Assembly (NCBI GenBank): GCA_964348545.1
Contig: CAYGDL010000001.1
Location: 1 to 63,009, forward strand
Origin: an uncultured Alphaproteobacteria bacterium
Lineage (GTDB): Bacteria > Pseudomonadota > Alphaproteobacteria > UBA11222
Reading direction: 5' to 3'
DNA length: 63,009 nucleotides
Both the position numbers and the translations under genes were made by a program. The notes beneath the pieces are model-generated. The model searched no databases. It worked only from the letters and a program-made list of their open reading frames with translations, and was not told the DNA's origin. This document shows positions 53,455 to 63,009 of this stretch, in pieces (positions within the stretch are counted from its first letter, which is position 1; the number at the start of each line of letters is the position of its first letter).

Positions 53455-54645
53455 TCAGGAAAATGCGGCAATTCCAGTGATTGCGCGGCCCAGTATGAGG
53501 GCGTGCACGTCATGCGTGCCCTCATAAGTGTTCACGGCCTCCAGGTTCATGGCATGGCGGATAATGTGATATTCGTCGGATACGCCGTTACCGCCATGCA
53601 TGTCACGCGCGGTGCGGGCAATGTCTAGCGCCTTGCCACAACTATTGCGTTTGATAAGCGATATCATTTCCGGCGAGGCCAGGCCTTCATCCTTCAGCCG
53701 CCCGACCCGCAAACAGCTTTGCAGACCAATGAATATTTCCGTCTGCATGTCGGCCAGCTTTTTCTGGATCAATTGATTCGCCGCTAATGGCCGTCCGAAC
53801 TGTTTGCGGTCCAGCGTATATTGGCGCGCCGCATGCCAGCAGAATTCCGCCGCCCCCAGCGCCCCCCAGGCAATGCCGTAGCGCGCATTATTCAGACAGC
53901 CAAACGGGCCTTTCAGCCCCGCCACATTGGGCAGCAGATTTTCTTCCGGCACAAATACTTCATCCATGCTGATCGAGCCGGTGGGCGAGGCGCGCAGAGA
54001 AAATTTGCCTTCGATTTTTGCGGTGCTGAGGCCTTTCATGCCACGTTCCAGCACAAAACCCTTTATGTCATTATTGTGCGCATCGGACTTGGCCCACACC
54101 ACGAATATGTCAGCAATCGGCGCGCTGGTGATCCACATTTTCGCGCCCGAAAGACTGTAGCCACCGGGCACTTTTTTGGCGCGGGTGATCATGCTGCCGG
54201 GATCAGAGCCATGGTCGGGTTCGGTCAGGCCGAAACATCCGACCCACTCGCCCGTGGCCAGCTTCGGCAGATATTTTTCCCGCTGTTCTTCCGTGCCATA
54301 AGCATGGATCGGATGCATGACCAGGCTGGATTGCACGCTCATACACGACCGATAGGCGCTATCGGCGCGCTCTATTTCCCGGGCTACAATCCCATACGAC
54401 ACATAGTTTACCCCCGCGCAGCCATATCCCGAAATGGTGGACCCCAATAACCCGGCGGCCCCCATATCGCGAAAAATCGAACGATCAAAGGTCTCATGCC
54501 GGTTAGCCTGCACAATACCCGGCATCAGGCGATCCTGGGCGAAAGCCGCCGCCGCATCCCGTATCATGCGTTCTTCTTCGCTGAACTGTTCCGACATCAA
54601 AAACGGGTCATCCCACTGGAATTGCGGTTTTTTATCGGACGCCAT
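53455..54645 (-). CDS. gcdH: Glutaryl-CoA dehydrogenase-type acyl-CoA dehydrogenase
   Basis: 396-aa ORF with [22 protein letters not shown] at the N-terminus, [11 protein letters not shown] and a C-terminal ACAD domain. Confidence 0.85.
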   Translation of the reverse strand: MASDKKPQFQWDDPFLMSEQFSEEERMIRDAAAAFAQDRLMPGIVQANRHETFDRSIFRDMGAAGLLGSTISGYGCAGVNYVSYGIVAREIERADSAYRSCMSVQSSLVMHPIHAYGTEEQREKYLPKLATGEWVGCFGLTEPDHGSDPGSMITRAKKVPGGYSLSGAKMWITSAPIADIFVVWAKSDAHNNDIKGFVLERGMKGLSTAKIEGKFSLRASPTGSISMDEVFVPEENLLPNVAGLKGPFGCLNNARYGIAWGALGAAEFCWHAARQYTLDRKQFGRPLAANQLIQKKLADMQTEIFIGLQSCLRVGRLKDEGLASPEMISLIKRNSCGKALDIARTARDMHGGNGVSDEYHIIRHAMNLEAVNTYEGTHDVHALILGRAITGIAAFS

Positions 54646-54764
54646 GGGGGACTCCTCCTTGATCTTGCCAGTAAATAGCGGGCTTTGCCGGAATATGCTT
54701 TACCGTGCGGGGCGCTGGAGGGCAATCCCTCCATGCCGTATCATGCTATTGTGGAGGAACAGTT

Positions 54765-55841
54765 GTGCGCACCATCGGCATGGTGCATAACCGCATCGGC
54801 CTGGAGCCGCGCTGGTATATAGGCGGCTATGCCCTTGTGCTTTCGGACATCACGGATCTTGCCATCAAAACCTACCGCTGGAAAGCGAAGCGCCTGGGTG
54901 AAGTGATCACGGCGGTCAATTCAGCGGTCATGCTCGACATGGATTTCGCCATCTCGGTCTACCAGGAAGCAATGCTGGAAGAGCGGGCAAAACGGCAGTT
55001 GACTGTCGATGTGCTGATTGAAAGCTTCGAGAAGCAGGTGACCGAGGCGCTGGGGTCGCTGTCCGCATCCTCGACTGAAATGAATGCTACTGCGGTCAGC
55101 ATGGCCTCCACGGCGGAGGAGACTACGCAACAGGCGGCCACCGTCGCGGCGGCCTCGGAAGAAGCCTCAGCCAATGTGCAGACGGTGGCGGCGGCGGCGG
55201 AGGAACTGACCGCCTCGGTCACGGAGATCAGCCGTCAGGTCGAGCAGTCGGCCCGTATCGCCACGCAGGCGGTTGCAGAGGCGGGCGATACCATGGCCGC
55301 AATCAAGGGGCTGGCCGAAATGGCGCAGAAGATTGGTAACGTTGTGAATATCATCAATGATATTGCCAGCCAGACCAACCTGCTGGCGCTGAACGCCACG
55401 ATCGAGGCGGCGCGCGCAGGCGAAGCCGGAAAGGGCTTTGCGGTGGTGGCTACCGAGGTCAAGGCCCTGGCCAATCAGACGTCCAAGGCGACCGAGGAGA
55501 TCGCTGCGCAGATCAGCGCGATGCAGACGGCAACCGGCGATTCGGTGATGCAGATCGGGGGTATCAGCAAGACGATCGAGGAGATCAACCAGATCGCAGC
55601 GGCCATTTCCGCGGCGGTGGAGGAGCAGGGCGCTTCGACCCAGGAGATTGCGCGCAACGTGCAGGAAGCGGCAAAAGGCACCAGCGAGGTATCCGCGAAC
55701 ATCAGCGGCGTCAGTCAGTCAGCGGGAGAAACCGGTGCGGCGGCAAGCCAGGTGCAGGCGGCATCAAGCGAGTTGGCCAAACAGAGCGAAATGCTGAAAG
55801 CCGAGATCGACAGATTCCTGGCGGATGCGCGCGCCGCATAG
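54765..55841 (+). CDS. Soluble methyl-accepting chemotaxis protein, N-terminally truncated paralog of the globin-coupled sensor
   Basis: Homology to the downstream gene begins abruptly at [26 protein letters not shown] at 54765 is preceded by GGAGGA 6 nt upstream. The signalling hairpin [33 protein letters not shown] is intact. The ORF-track start at 54705 is in frame but non-homologous. Confidence 0.7.
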   Translation: MRTIGMVHNRIGLEPRWYIGGYALVLSDITDLAIKTYRWKAKRLGEVITAVNSAVMLDMDFAISVYQEAMLEERAKRQLTVDVLIESFEKQVTEALGSLSASSTEMNATAVSMASTAEETTQQAATVAAASEEASANVQTVAAAAEELTASVTEISRQVEQSARIATQAVAEAGDTMAAIKGLAEMAQKIGNVVNIINDIASQTNLLALNATIEAARAGEAGKGFAVVATEVKALANQTSKATEEIAAQISAMQTATGDSVMQIGGISKTIEEINQIAAAISAAVEEQGASTQEIARNVQEAAKGTSEVSANISGVSQSAGETGAAASQVQAASSELAKQSEMLKAEIDRFLADARAA

Positions 55842-55898
55842 CGCCTGGATTCTCAAAGATTTTAGAGCGCCCTGTTTTGAGGAAAACGCCCCAGGCTG

Positions 55899-55919
55899 CG
55901 TCACGCTACTGGCGTGACG
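55899..55919 (+). terminator. Hairpin after the first chemoreceptor gene
   Basis: CGTCACGC-TACTG-GCGTGACG, an 8-bp perfect stem with no U-run. Confidence 0.3.
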
Positions 55920-56068
55920 GGTAGGTTGCGATAGGGAAATCACGATATAAAATGAGGCGCATTTCAGAGCTTATTATTTTCTTTACCATTTTCTCGTAAA
56001 AGTAAGCCTGATGGGCGGGAATATTTCTCAATACGAGAAATTCAGGGGCGGATCGATAAGGATCCGAT

Positions 56069-57415
56069 ATGCAAGGGAATGATCAAGTTGCGCGCGGGCA
56101 TGACCGCGAGACACGGATGCGGTTCATGCGCATCAACCAGGAGACGAGTCAGGCTTTGCGCGAATTCTGGCCGGTCGTCGAAAAGGCGTTGCCAAAAATA
56201 CTCGACAGTTTCTATCGTCAACTGACGGCAGAGCCGGTGCTGGTAAAAATTATTGGTAACAATCAGGTCTCGCGGCTGGTAAGCGCGCAAACGGGACATT
56301 GGGAGAGGCTGTTCAACGGCCGCTTCGACGAGACCTATATTCAGGGTGTCCGCACCATCGGCCTGGTGCATAACCGCATCGGCCTGGAGCCGCGCTGGTA
56401 TATCGGCGGTTATGCCCTCGTGCTGTCGCATCTCACCGATCTCGCGATCCAAACCTACCGCTGGAAGGCGAAACGTCTTGGTGAGGTGATCACGGCGGTC
56501 AATTCGGCGGTTATGCTGGACATGGACTTCGCCATCTCGGTCTATCAGGAGGCGGGAATCGAGGATCGCCAAAAAGCGATAATCGACATCGCCACCAAAC
56601 TCGAGGAGGGCGTTGGCGGCATTTTGGACAGCGTCACGTCGCAAGCGACCGAGCTGAACGCCACAGCGACCAGCATGGCCGCCACGGCGGAGGAGACCAC
56701 ACAACAGGCGGCCACCGTAGCGGCAGCCTCGGAGGAAGCCTCGGCCAACGTGCAGACGGTGGCGGCGGCGGCAGAGGAATTGACCGCCTCGGTCAAGGAG
56801 ATCAGCCGTCAGGTCGAGCAGTCGGCCCGTATCGCCACCCAGGCGGTTGCGGAGGCGGACGGCACCATGACAGCGATCAAGGGCCTGGCTGAAATGGCGC
56901 AGAAGATCGATAATGTGGTGAACATTATCAATGACATCGCCAGTCAGACCAACCTGCTGGCGCTGAACGCCACGATCGAGGCGGCGCGCGCCGGGGAAGC
57001 CGGCAAGGGCTTTGCGGTGGTGGCGACCGAGGTCAAGGCCCTGGCCAATCAGACCGCCAAGGCGACCGAGGAAATCGCCGCTCAGATTGGGGCCATACAG
57101 TCGGCGACCGGCGATTCGGTGACGCGCATCGGAGATATCAGCAGGACGATCGAAGAGATCAACCAGATCGCAGCGGCCATTTCCGCAGCGGTGGAGCAGC
57201 AGGGCGCTTCGACCCAGGAGATTGCGCGCAACGTGCAGGAAGCGGCAAAGGGCACCGGAGAGGTGTCGGCGAACATCGGCGGCGTCAGTCAGGCGGCTGG
57301 CGAAACCGGCGCGGCTGCCAGCCAGGTGCAGGCGGCTTCCGCCGAAGTGGCCAAACAGGGCGAGATGCTGAAGGCCGAGGTCGACCGCTTCCTCGCCAAC
57401 ATGCGCGCGGCGTAA
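56069..57415 (+). CDS. Globin-coupled sensor chemoreceptor (HemAT-like soluble MCP)
   Basis: 448-aa ORF. The N-terminal ~170 aa form a sensor-globin/protoglobin-like domain ([20 protein letters not shown]...[18 protein letters not shown]). It has no TM segments and carries a C-terminal MCP signalling domain. Confidence 0.85.
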   Translation: MQGNDQVARGHDRETRMRFMRINQETSQALREFWPVVEKALPKILDSFYRQLTAEPVLVKIIGNNQVSRLVSAQTGHWERLFNGRFDETYIQGVRTIGLVHNRIGLEPRWYIGGYALVLSHLTDLAIQTYRWKAKRLGEVITAVNSAVMLDMDFAISVYQEAGIEDRQKAIIDIATKLEEGVGGILDSVTSQATELNATATSMAATAEETTQQAATVAAASEEASANVQTVAAAAEELTASVKEISRQVEQSARIATQAVAEADGTMTAIKGLAEMAQKIDNVVNIINDIASQTNLLALNATIEAARAGEAGKGFAVVATEVKALANQTAKATEEIAAQIGAIQSATGDSVTRIGDISRTIEEINQIAAAISAAVEQQGASTQEIARNVQEAAKGTGEVSANIGGVSQAAGETGAAASQVQAASAEVAKQGEMLKAEVDRFLANMRAA

Positions 57416-57442
57416 CAACCCGGCATTCCCTGTATGCCTTAT

Positions 57443-57464
57443 CGCCGCAATGGAAATTGCGGCG
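57443..57464 (+). terminator. Hairpin after the second chemoreceptor gene
   Basis: CGCCGCAAT-GGAA-ATTGCGGCG, a 9-bp perfect stem followed by GGGTAAAAAA (no U-run). Confidence 0.35.
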
Positions 57465-57649
57465 GGGTAAAAAACCGCTTATATTATGCGCCGGAGTGGA
57501 TTATCAATTCCGTACTACGGCGTTGCCGTACGGGCGTGAGGGGGTTCAATAAACTCATTTCATATTGGTTAGTTAACTTATATGAATGGGTTAACCATAT
57601 TGCGATAAACAACAAACAGGCATACGAGTTTTATCGGGTGAGCGCGCAG

Positions 57650-58861
57650 ATGAATTATGATCAGATTTTTGCTCAGGCGCTGGGCAAGCTAAAAACCGAA
57701 GGGCGGTACCGCGTGTTTGCGGATATTTCCCGGCGGCGGGGCGAATTTCCCCATGCCGTCCATCATGTTGATGGCGGCGAACGGGAAATTATTGTCTGGT
57801 GCAGCAATGACTATCTCGGAATGGGGCAGAACCCTGAGGTGATTGCCGCCATGCAGCAGGCGCTCGAAAGCTGTGGGGCAGGGTCGGGCGGCACCCGGAA
57901 CATTTCCGGCACGACGCATTATCATGTGCAACTGGAACAGGAGCTTGCCAGCCTGCATGGTAAGGAATCGGCGCTGCTGTTTACCTCTGGCTATATCTCC
58001 AATGAGGCGACTTTGAGTACGCTGGCTAAGGTTCTCCCCGGCGCTGCCATTGTTTCCGATGCGCTTAATCATGCCTCGATGATTGCCGGCATTCGCCAGG
58101 GCGGCGGACGCAAGGAAATTTTCCGGCATAATGATGTGGCTCATCTGGAGTCGATTTTGCGCACACTTGATCCGGAGCAACCCAAGATCGTGGCGTTCGA
58201 ATCCGTCTATTCTATGGATGGCGACATCGCGCCCATCAATGATATTTGCGATGTCGCGGAAAAATATAAGGCGCTGACCTATATTGATGAAGTGCATGCC
58301 GTCGGCATGTATGGCCAGTATGGCGGCGGCGTGTCGGAACGTGAAGGTGCCGCGTCGCGCATAGACGTGATTGAGGGCACGCTTGCCAAGGCGTTCGGAA
58401 TTATGGGCGGTTATATCGCCAGCAGCGCGACACTGGTGGATGTGGTGCGTTCCTATGCGCCGGGATTTATCTTTACAACGTCGCTTTCCCCGGTGCTGGC
58501 TGCGGGCGCGCTGGCCAGTGTGCGGTATCTGAAAAAAAATCACGCTTTGCGTGAGCGCCATCAGGAACGCGCGGCCCGGCTCAAAAAATTGCTTGTCGAA
58601 GCGGAGCTGCCGGTCATGCCATCCGAGAGTCACATCGTGCCCGTGCTGGTGGGAACCGCGAATTTGTGCAAGCTTATTTCCGATGAATTGCTGTTTGAAC
58701 ATGGCATCTATGTGCAGCCGATCAATTATCCCACAGTCCCGCGCGGAACCGAGCGGCTGCGTTTCACGCCAAATCCGCTGCATACGGATGAAATGATGGA
58801 ACGGCTGGTGGTGGCGATGGATAAGGTCTGGACCAAGCACCAGATCAAAAGGGCCGCCTGA
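57650..58861 (+). CDS. hemA: 5-aminolevulinate synthase
   Basis: [33 protein letters not shown] and the PLP-lysine region GTLAKAFG. The start is at ATG 57650, and the upstream ORF-track extension is non-coding. Confidence 0.93.
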   Translation: MNYDQIFAQALGKLKTEGRYRVFADISRRRGEFPHAVHHVDGGEREIIVWCSNDYLGMGQNPEVIAAMQQALESCGAGSGGTRNISGTTHYHVQLEQELASLHGKESALLFTSGYISNEATLSTLAKVLPGAAIVSDALNHASMIAGIRQGGGRKEIFRHNDVAHLESILRTLDPEQPKIVAFESVYSMDGDIAPINDICDVAEKYKALTYIDEVHAVGMYGQYGGGVSEREGAASRIDVIEGTLAKAFGIMGGYIASSATLVDVVRSYAPGFIFTTSLSPVLAAGALASVRYLKKNHALRERHQERAARLKKLLVEAELPVMPSESHIVPVLVGTANLCKLISDELLFEHGIYVQPINYPTVPRGTERLRFTPNPLHTDEMMERLVVAMDKVWTKHQIKRAA

Positions 58862-58881
58862 CTACGCTTTGAGGCAAACCA

Positions 58882-59088
58882 ATGCCAGATGACGCGGACA
58901 CGGATTTTCTGATCGAATTTGTCCGTGTCGGCAATTCCGTCAAGGTGTCGGCGATCGACCCGGCGACTGGCATTGAAGCCTCGATCATTGGCCCCGCAAA
59001 TCTCAGCCAGCGGGAACTTGGCCGCAACGCAATCGCCAAACTGCGCTATGTTCTGGCCAGAAAAAAACAGGGGCTTCACAGCCCATAA
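58882..59088 (+). CDS. Small hypothetical protein (68 aa)
   Basis: Compact ORF 20 nt after hemA and co-oriented with it. I recognise no motif. Confidence 0.5.
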   Translation: MPDDADTDFLIEFVRVGNSVKVSAIDPATGIEASIIGPANLSQRELGRNAIAKLRYVLARKKQGLHSP

Positions 59089-59108
59089 CCCCTGCATGGG
59101 AGACGCCA

Positions 59109-59855
59109 ATGTCACGACAGTCCATTTATTCTTCCGCCCGCGCGTCCCGCACCGCAACCGCCGGGCTGGGTCTGGCGCTATTGGCCGTGGCGTTGATGCT
59201 TACAGGCTATGCGGGAATTATCTCTGGTATGCTGGAAGTCGAGATCGGATTCCGGTCCTTTTTAGGGGGCGTGGCGTTGAGTTTTATAGCCCTGGCCGTA
59301 TCGCTGATGGGGCTACGCCAAACGCGCGCCGCGCCCGGCCGCAATCGTGCCTGGGTCGGCATAGTGGTCTGCCTCGCAATTATCGGGCTGATGGCGCCCC
59401 AGATCATGGCGGCGCTCAGTGTGCCGCCAATTCACGATATTACGACGGATACAGACAATCCGCCAGTGTTCGTTGATGTTTTGCCGCACAGGGCGAACGC
59501 CCCCAACAGTGCGGAATATGCGGGCGAAACCCTGGCCGCAATTCAAAAGGCTGCCTATCCCGGTATTGCGCCGCTGATTTTGGCCGTGCCGTCATCTGAG
59601 GCCTTCACGCGCGCACAAAAACTTGTTGAAGCGCGCGGCTGGACGCTCGTAGCCGCCAAAGCCGACGAAGGCCGGATTGAAGCAACTTCTGAAACAAAAA
59701 ACATGCATTTCAGGGATGATGTGGTGATACGCATTACCGCAGAAGGCGAGGCAAGCAAAATTGATATGCGTTCGGTCAGCCGCATTGGTCAAAGCGACCT
59801 TGGTGTGAATGCCCGGCGCATACAGGACTTTCTGCAAGATCTGTCTGCTTCCTAG
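59109..59855 (+). CDS. DUF1499 domain-containing membrane protein
   Basis: N-terminal TM helices and a C-terminal FRDDVVIRI...IDMRSVSRIGQSDLGVNARRIQDFLQDL, typical of DUF1499. Confidence 0.7.
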   Translation: MSRQSIYSSARASRTATAGLGLALLAVALMLTGYAGIISGMLEVEIGFRSFLGGVALSFIALAVSLMGLRQTRAAPGRNRAWVGIVVCLAIIGLMAPQIMAALSVPPIHDITTDTDNPPVFVDVLPHRANAPNSAEYAGETLAAIQKAAYPGIAPLILAVPSSEAFTRAQKLVEARGWTLVAAKADEGRIEATSETKNMHFRDDVVIRITAEGEASKIDMRSVSRIGQSDLGVNARRIQDFLQDLSAS

Positions 59856-59867
59856 AGACGCGTCGCC

Positions 59868-61457
59868 ATGAAGCTCAACGCCAGCATTGAAATAAACGAT
59901 CAGTTTCAGCGCGCGCTGCATCTGATGGACGAAACGGATCAAAGCCTGTTCATCACCGGCAAGGCGGGCACGGGAAAATCCACACTGCTATCGCACTACT
60001 GCGCCAACACGCGAAAAAAACCGGTGGTGCTTGCGCCTACTGGCGTCGCCGCGCTGAATGTGAAGGGCCAGACCATTCACAATTTTTTTAATTTCTACGT
60101 CGATGTCACGCCACAAAAAATCAGGGAGAAAAAAACCAAACCACGCGGTGACAAAACACGACTGTATAAAAACCTCAAAAGCATCATCATTGACGAAGTT
60201 TCGATGGTGCGCGCCGATTTGCTGGATTGCATCGACATTTTTTTGCGCATGTATGGCCCTGTACTTGATGCGCCGTTCGGCGGCGTTCAGATGATTTTCG
60301 TTGGGGATCTATATCAACTGCCACCGGTGGTGACCGGGCAGGAAAAAGAAATTTTTACCACGCATTACAAAACGCCGTTTTTCTTCAGCGCCCATGTGAT
60401 GGAAAATCTACCGCTGGAAATTGTTGAGCTGGAAAAAGTCTATCGCCAGAAAGATCAGGATTTTGTCGATTTGCTCAATCGCATCCGTAATAATTCTGTG
60501 GAAGAGGCGGACATTGACAGACTTAATTCCCGCTTCGGGCTGACGGCGGGCACGCCTGCCGTCAAGGGCGGTTTTTATATCAGCCTTACCACCACCAATA
60601 AAAAAGCTGATGAAATAAATGATGAAAAACTGCAATCCCTGAAAGGCAAACTGCATATTGCGTCGGCCCAGATCGCCGGTGATTTTGGCAAGGAGTATTT
60701 TCCCACCGCCACAGAACTGCAATTCAAACTGGGCGCGCAGATCATGTTGTTGAACAATGATTCCAAAAAGCGCTGGGTAAATGGCAGCATCGGCGTCATC
60801 GAAGCTTTCCGGCAGGACGAAGAAGGCGAACGCTATGTCGAGGTGCGCCTGCAAGATGACGAGGAGGATCTGGTTTGGGTTTATCCGTATACGTGGGAGG
60901 TTTTCCGTTTCACGCTGGAAGAGGGCGCAATTGTTTCCGAACCGGTTGGTTCGTTCACCCAATATCCCTTCCGGCTGGCCTGGGCCATTACCATTCACAA
61001 AAGTCAGGGCAAGACGTTTGACCATGTGATGATCGATATCGGCGGTGGCACCTTTGTAGCCGGGCAGATGTATGTGGCCTTGAGCCGCTGCACTTCGTTC
61101 GAGGGGATTTTGCTGAAAACGCAGATCAAAAAACAGCATATCCGGACAGACTATCGGATATTTTCATTTCTGACCGGATATCATTATCGTAAGGCCGAAC
61201 TGGAATTATCGGTGGACGATAAGGTTTCGCTCATACAGCAGGCGATCAGGGACAGGGCCAGGCTGCAAATGACCTATCTGAAGGCGAACGATACGAAATC
61301 AGAACGCGCCATTATTCCGCGTGAAGTGGGACCACAAACCTATCAGGGGAAAAATTTTACCGGCCTGCGGGCTTTTTGTGTGCAGCGCCAGGAAGATCGC
61401 ACATTTCGCGTGGACCGTATTCTGAAGCTGGAAAAAGCCGGCACGCCAAAATCCTAA
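59868..61457 (+). CDS. Pif1/RecD-like SF1B helicase with a C-terminal WYL-like domain
   Basis: Walker A GKAGTGKST, APTGVAA, IIIDEVSMV, GDLYQLPPV, ITIHKSQGKTF and YVALSRC. The last ~90 aa (RLQMTYLKANDTKSERAIIPREV...LRAFCVQRQEDRTFRVDRI) look like a WYL domain. Confidence 0.8.
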   Translation: MKLNASIEINDQFQRALHLMDETDQSLFITGKAGTGKSTLLSHYCANTRKKPVVLAPTGVAALNVKGQTIHNFFNFYVDVTPQKIREKKTKPRGDKTRLYKNLKSIIIDEVSMVRADLLDCIDIFLRMYGPVLDAPFGGVQMIFVGDLYQLPPVVTGQEKEIFTTHYKTPFFFSAHVMENLPLEIVELEKVYRQKDQDFVDLLNRIRNNSVEEADIDRLNSRFGLTAGTPAVKGGFYISLTTTNKKADEINDEKLQSLKGKLHIASAQIAGDFGKEYFPTATELQFKLGAQIMLLNNDSKKRWVNGSIGVIEAFRQDEEGERYVEVRLQDDEEDLVWVYPYTWEVFRFTLEEGAIVSEPVGSFTQYPFRLAWAITIHKSQGKTFDHVMIDIGGGTFVAGQMYVALSRCTSFEGILLKTQIKKQHIRTDYRIFSFLTGYHYRKAELELSVDDKVSLIQQAIRDRARLQMTYLKANDTKSERAIIPREVGPQTYQGKNFTGLRAFCVQRQEDRTFRVDRILKLEKAGTPKS

Positions 61458-61876
61458 TCGCTGGATGACTTGCCCAGGCCAATTTTTTTTGCGAAATCGG
61501 AGCGTTGTTGCGCATAGTTTGGCGCAACCATCGGATAATCCGCAGGCAGGCCCCATTTGGCGCGATATTGATCCGGCGTCATTTTATGATGTGATCGCAA
61601 ATAACGTTTCAGCATTTTCAGATGGCGGCCGTCTTCCAGGCACACCAGATAGTCAGGCGTAATGGATTTGCGAATTGGAACAGCCGGTTGCGCATTGGAG
61701 GCGGTGGGAATGGCCACACCGGCGCAGGCGGACATCAGCGCGACATGCACTGAACGAATAACCTCTCCCAATTGCTGTACGGGAAGCATATTGTTGCGAA
61801 CATAAGCTGCGACAATGTTGGCGGCAAGAGACAGCGTGTCTTCGCTGGGGTCTGTGCTTTGGTGTTCTTCGTTCAT
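61454..61876 (-). CDS. mucR: MucR/Ros family zinc-finger transcriptional regulator
   Basis: ITPDYLVCLEDGRHLKMLKRYLRSHHKMTPDQYRAKWGLPADYPMVAPNY is the Ros/MucR C2H2-type core. Confidence 0.92.
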   Translation of the reverse strand: MNEEHQSTDPSEDTLSLAANIVAAYVRNNMLPVQQLGEVIRSVHVALMSACAGVAIPTASNAQPAVPIRKSITPDYLVCLEDGRHLKMLKRYLRSHHKMTPDQYRAKWGLPADYPMVAPNYAQQRSDFAKKIGLGKSSSD

Positions 61877-62138
61877 CCGTGTAACCTGTCCGGTAGGGAA
61901 GGGACGATTTCAGCCGATACTCGCAGTTGTAACGCATGCCGACTTGCAGGGTTTCACTAAAAAACTAACATTCCATTAAATATACTGTGAAGTTTAGCAA
62001 TAAACGGGGGTTGTTTGATGGCAATATACTCGATCATTAACAATTTGACCCAATCTCTATATCTTGTGTTCCGGATGTGACCTGCTTGGCGAATATGGGG
62101 TTTATGTGATAAGACACAGTTTTTGGCGAGGGTGAAGC

Positions 62139-63009
62139 ATGACAGTTAACGCATCCAGAGTTGCTCAGGGTTTTTTCACGGAAGATTTGGCGACACGCGA
62201 TCCGGCCATTGCCGCCGCCATTGGCAAGGAATTGTCACGCCAGCAAACCCAGATCGAACTGATCGCGTCTGAAAATATCGTCTCGCGCGCCGTGCTTGAG
62301 GCGCAGGGTTCCATCCTCACCAATAAATATGCCGAAGGCTATTCCGGCCGGCGCTATTATGGCGGTTGCGAATTTGTGGACATGGCCGAGGATCTGGCGA
62401 TTGAGCGCGCCCGCAAACTGTTTAATTGCGGTTTCGCCAATGTGCAGCCGCATTCCGGCGCCCAGGCCAATCAGGGCGTGTTTCAGGCGCTGTTGCAGCC
62501 CGGCGATGTCTTGATGGGCATGAGCCTGGACGCGGGCGGGCATCTGACCCATGGCGCGGCGGCCAACCAGTCCGGAAAATGGTTCAAGGCGGTGCAATAT
62601 GGCGTGCGCCGCCAGGATGACCGCATTGATTTTGACGAGGTTTCCGCGCTGGCCCGCAGCCACAAACCAAAGCTGATTATCGCGGGCGGCTCCGCCTATC
62701 CGCGCATTATTGATTTTGTGAATTTCCGCCAGATCGCCGATAGCGTGGGCGCCCTGTTCATGGTCGATATGGCGCATTTTGCCGGGCTGGTGGCGGGGGG
62801 CGTGCATCCCAATCCGCTCGATCACGCGCATGTGGTGACGACGACGACGCACAAAACCCTGCGCGGCCCGCGCGGCGGCATGATTTTGACCAATGACGAA
62901 GCCATTGCCAAAAAAATCAATTCCGCCGTATTCCCCGGTTTGCAGGGCGGGCCGCTGATGCATGTGATCGCCGCCAAGGCGGTGGCGTTTGGCGAGGCGC
63001 TGCGCCCGG
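62139..63009 (+). CDS. glyA: Serine hydroxymethyltransferase, N-terminal ~290 codons (runs off the window)
   Basis: It is not in the ORF track because there is no stop in the window. The frame from ATG 62139 reads MTVNASRV...[20 protein letters not shown]...[14 protein letters not shown]...[14 protein letters not shown] (PLP lysine). Confidence 0.92.
   Translation, partial: MTVNASRVAQGFFTEDLATRDPAIAAAIGKELSRQQTQIELIASENIVSRAVLEAQGSILTNKYAEGYSGRRYYGGCEFVDMAEDLAIERARKLFNCGFANVQPHSGAQANQGVFQALLQPGDVLMGMSLDAGGHLTHGAAANQSGKWFKAVQYGVRRQDDRIDFDEVSALARSHKPKLIIAGGSAYPRIIDFVNFRQIADSVGALFMVDMAHFAGLVAGGVHPNPLDHAHVVTTTTHKTLRGPRGGMILTNDEAIAKKINSAVFPGLQGGPLMHVIAAKAVAFGEALRP

Noticed and set aside
62066-62138. 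ZTP (pfl) or another riboswitch in the glyA leader. GGATGTGACCTGCTTGGCGAA vaguely resembles the GGGUCGUGACUGGCGAA segment.
   Set aside because: The obligatory downstream CCGCCUGGGC pseudoknot partner and the P1/P2 pairings are not present. The resemblance is limited to a few nucleotides. A covariance-model scan (Rfam RF01750) would settle it.

Overview
This is a 63-kb chromosomal segment that looks alphaproteobacterial. Supporting signs are an ALAS-type hemA, a MucR/Ros regulator, the rpsF-rpsR-DUF2232-rplI-dnaB-alr-radA-cvpA-purF gene order, and CtrA-like TTAA-N7-TTAA / TTAACCAT motifs in AT-rich promoters. Most of the window is housekeeping: guaB(3' end)-rsmB-like-guaA, leuA, mreBCD-mrdA, clpS-clpA, purF/cvpA/radA, a mlaEF-like ABC pair, alr, dnaB, L9/S18/S6, fabD, hemB, a valine-catabolism trio (acyl-CoA DH, HIBCH-like hydrolase, mmsB), gcdH, hemA and glyA (5' part). 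There are five accessory or unusual parts. (1) A relic insertion sits at the guaA 3' end: a higB remnant plus an intact higA, bounded by a degenerate 63-nt second copy of the guaA terminus. (2) A ~5-kb co-oriented block lies between rpsF and an esterase/fabD. In it, toxin-antitoxin modules (DUF433/DUF5615, MntA/HepT, a VapC remnant) alternate with paralogous membrane-anchored TolB-N-like/TPR proteins, and hepT and one TPR gene share a TGATG stop/start overlap. This is the best candidate here for an undescribed system. (3) Two tandem epimerase-like paralogs and a divergent amidohydrolase occupy the position where rodA normally follows mrdA. (4) Two tandem globin-coupled chemoreceptor paralogs lie directly upstream of hemA, and one has lost the N-terminal half of its globin domain. 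(5) A Pif1-like helicase carries a C-terminal WYL-like domain. By eye I found no rRNA, tRNA, CRISPR array, transposase or integrase. All homology calls rest on motif recognition in the supplied translations, not on database searches.
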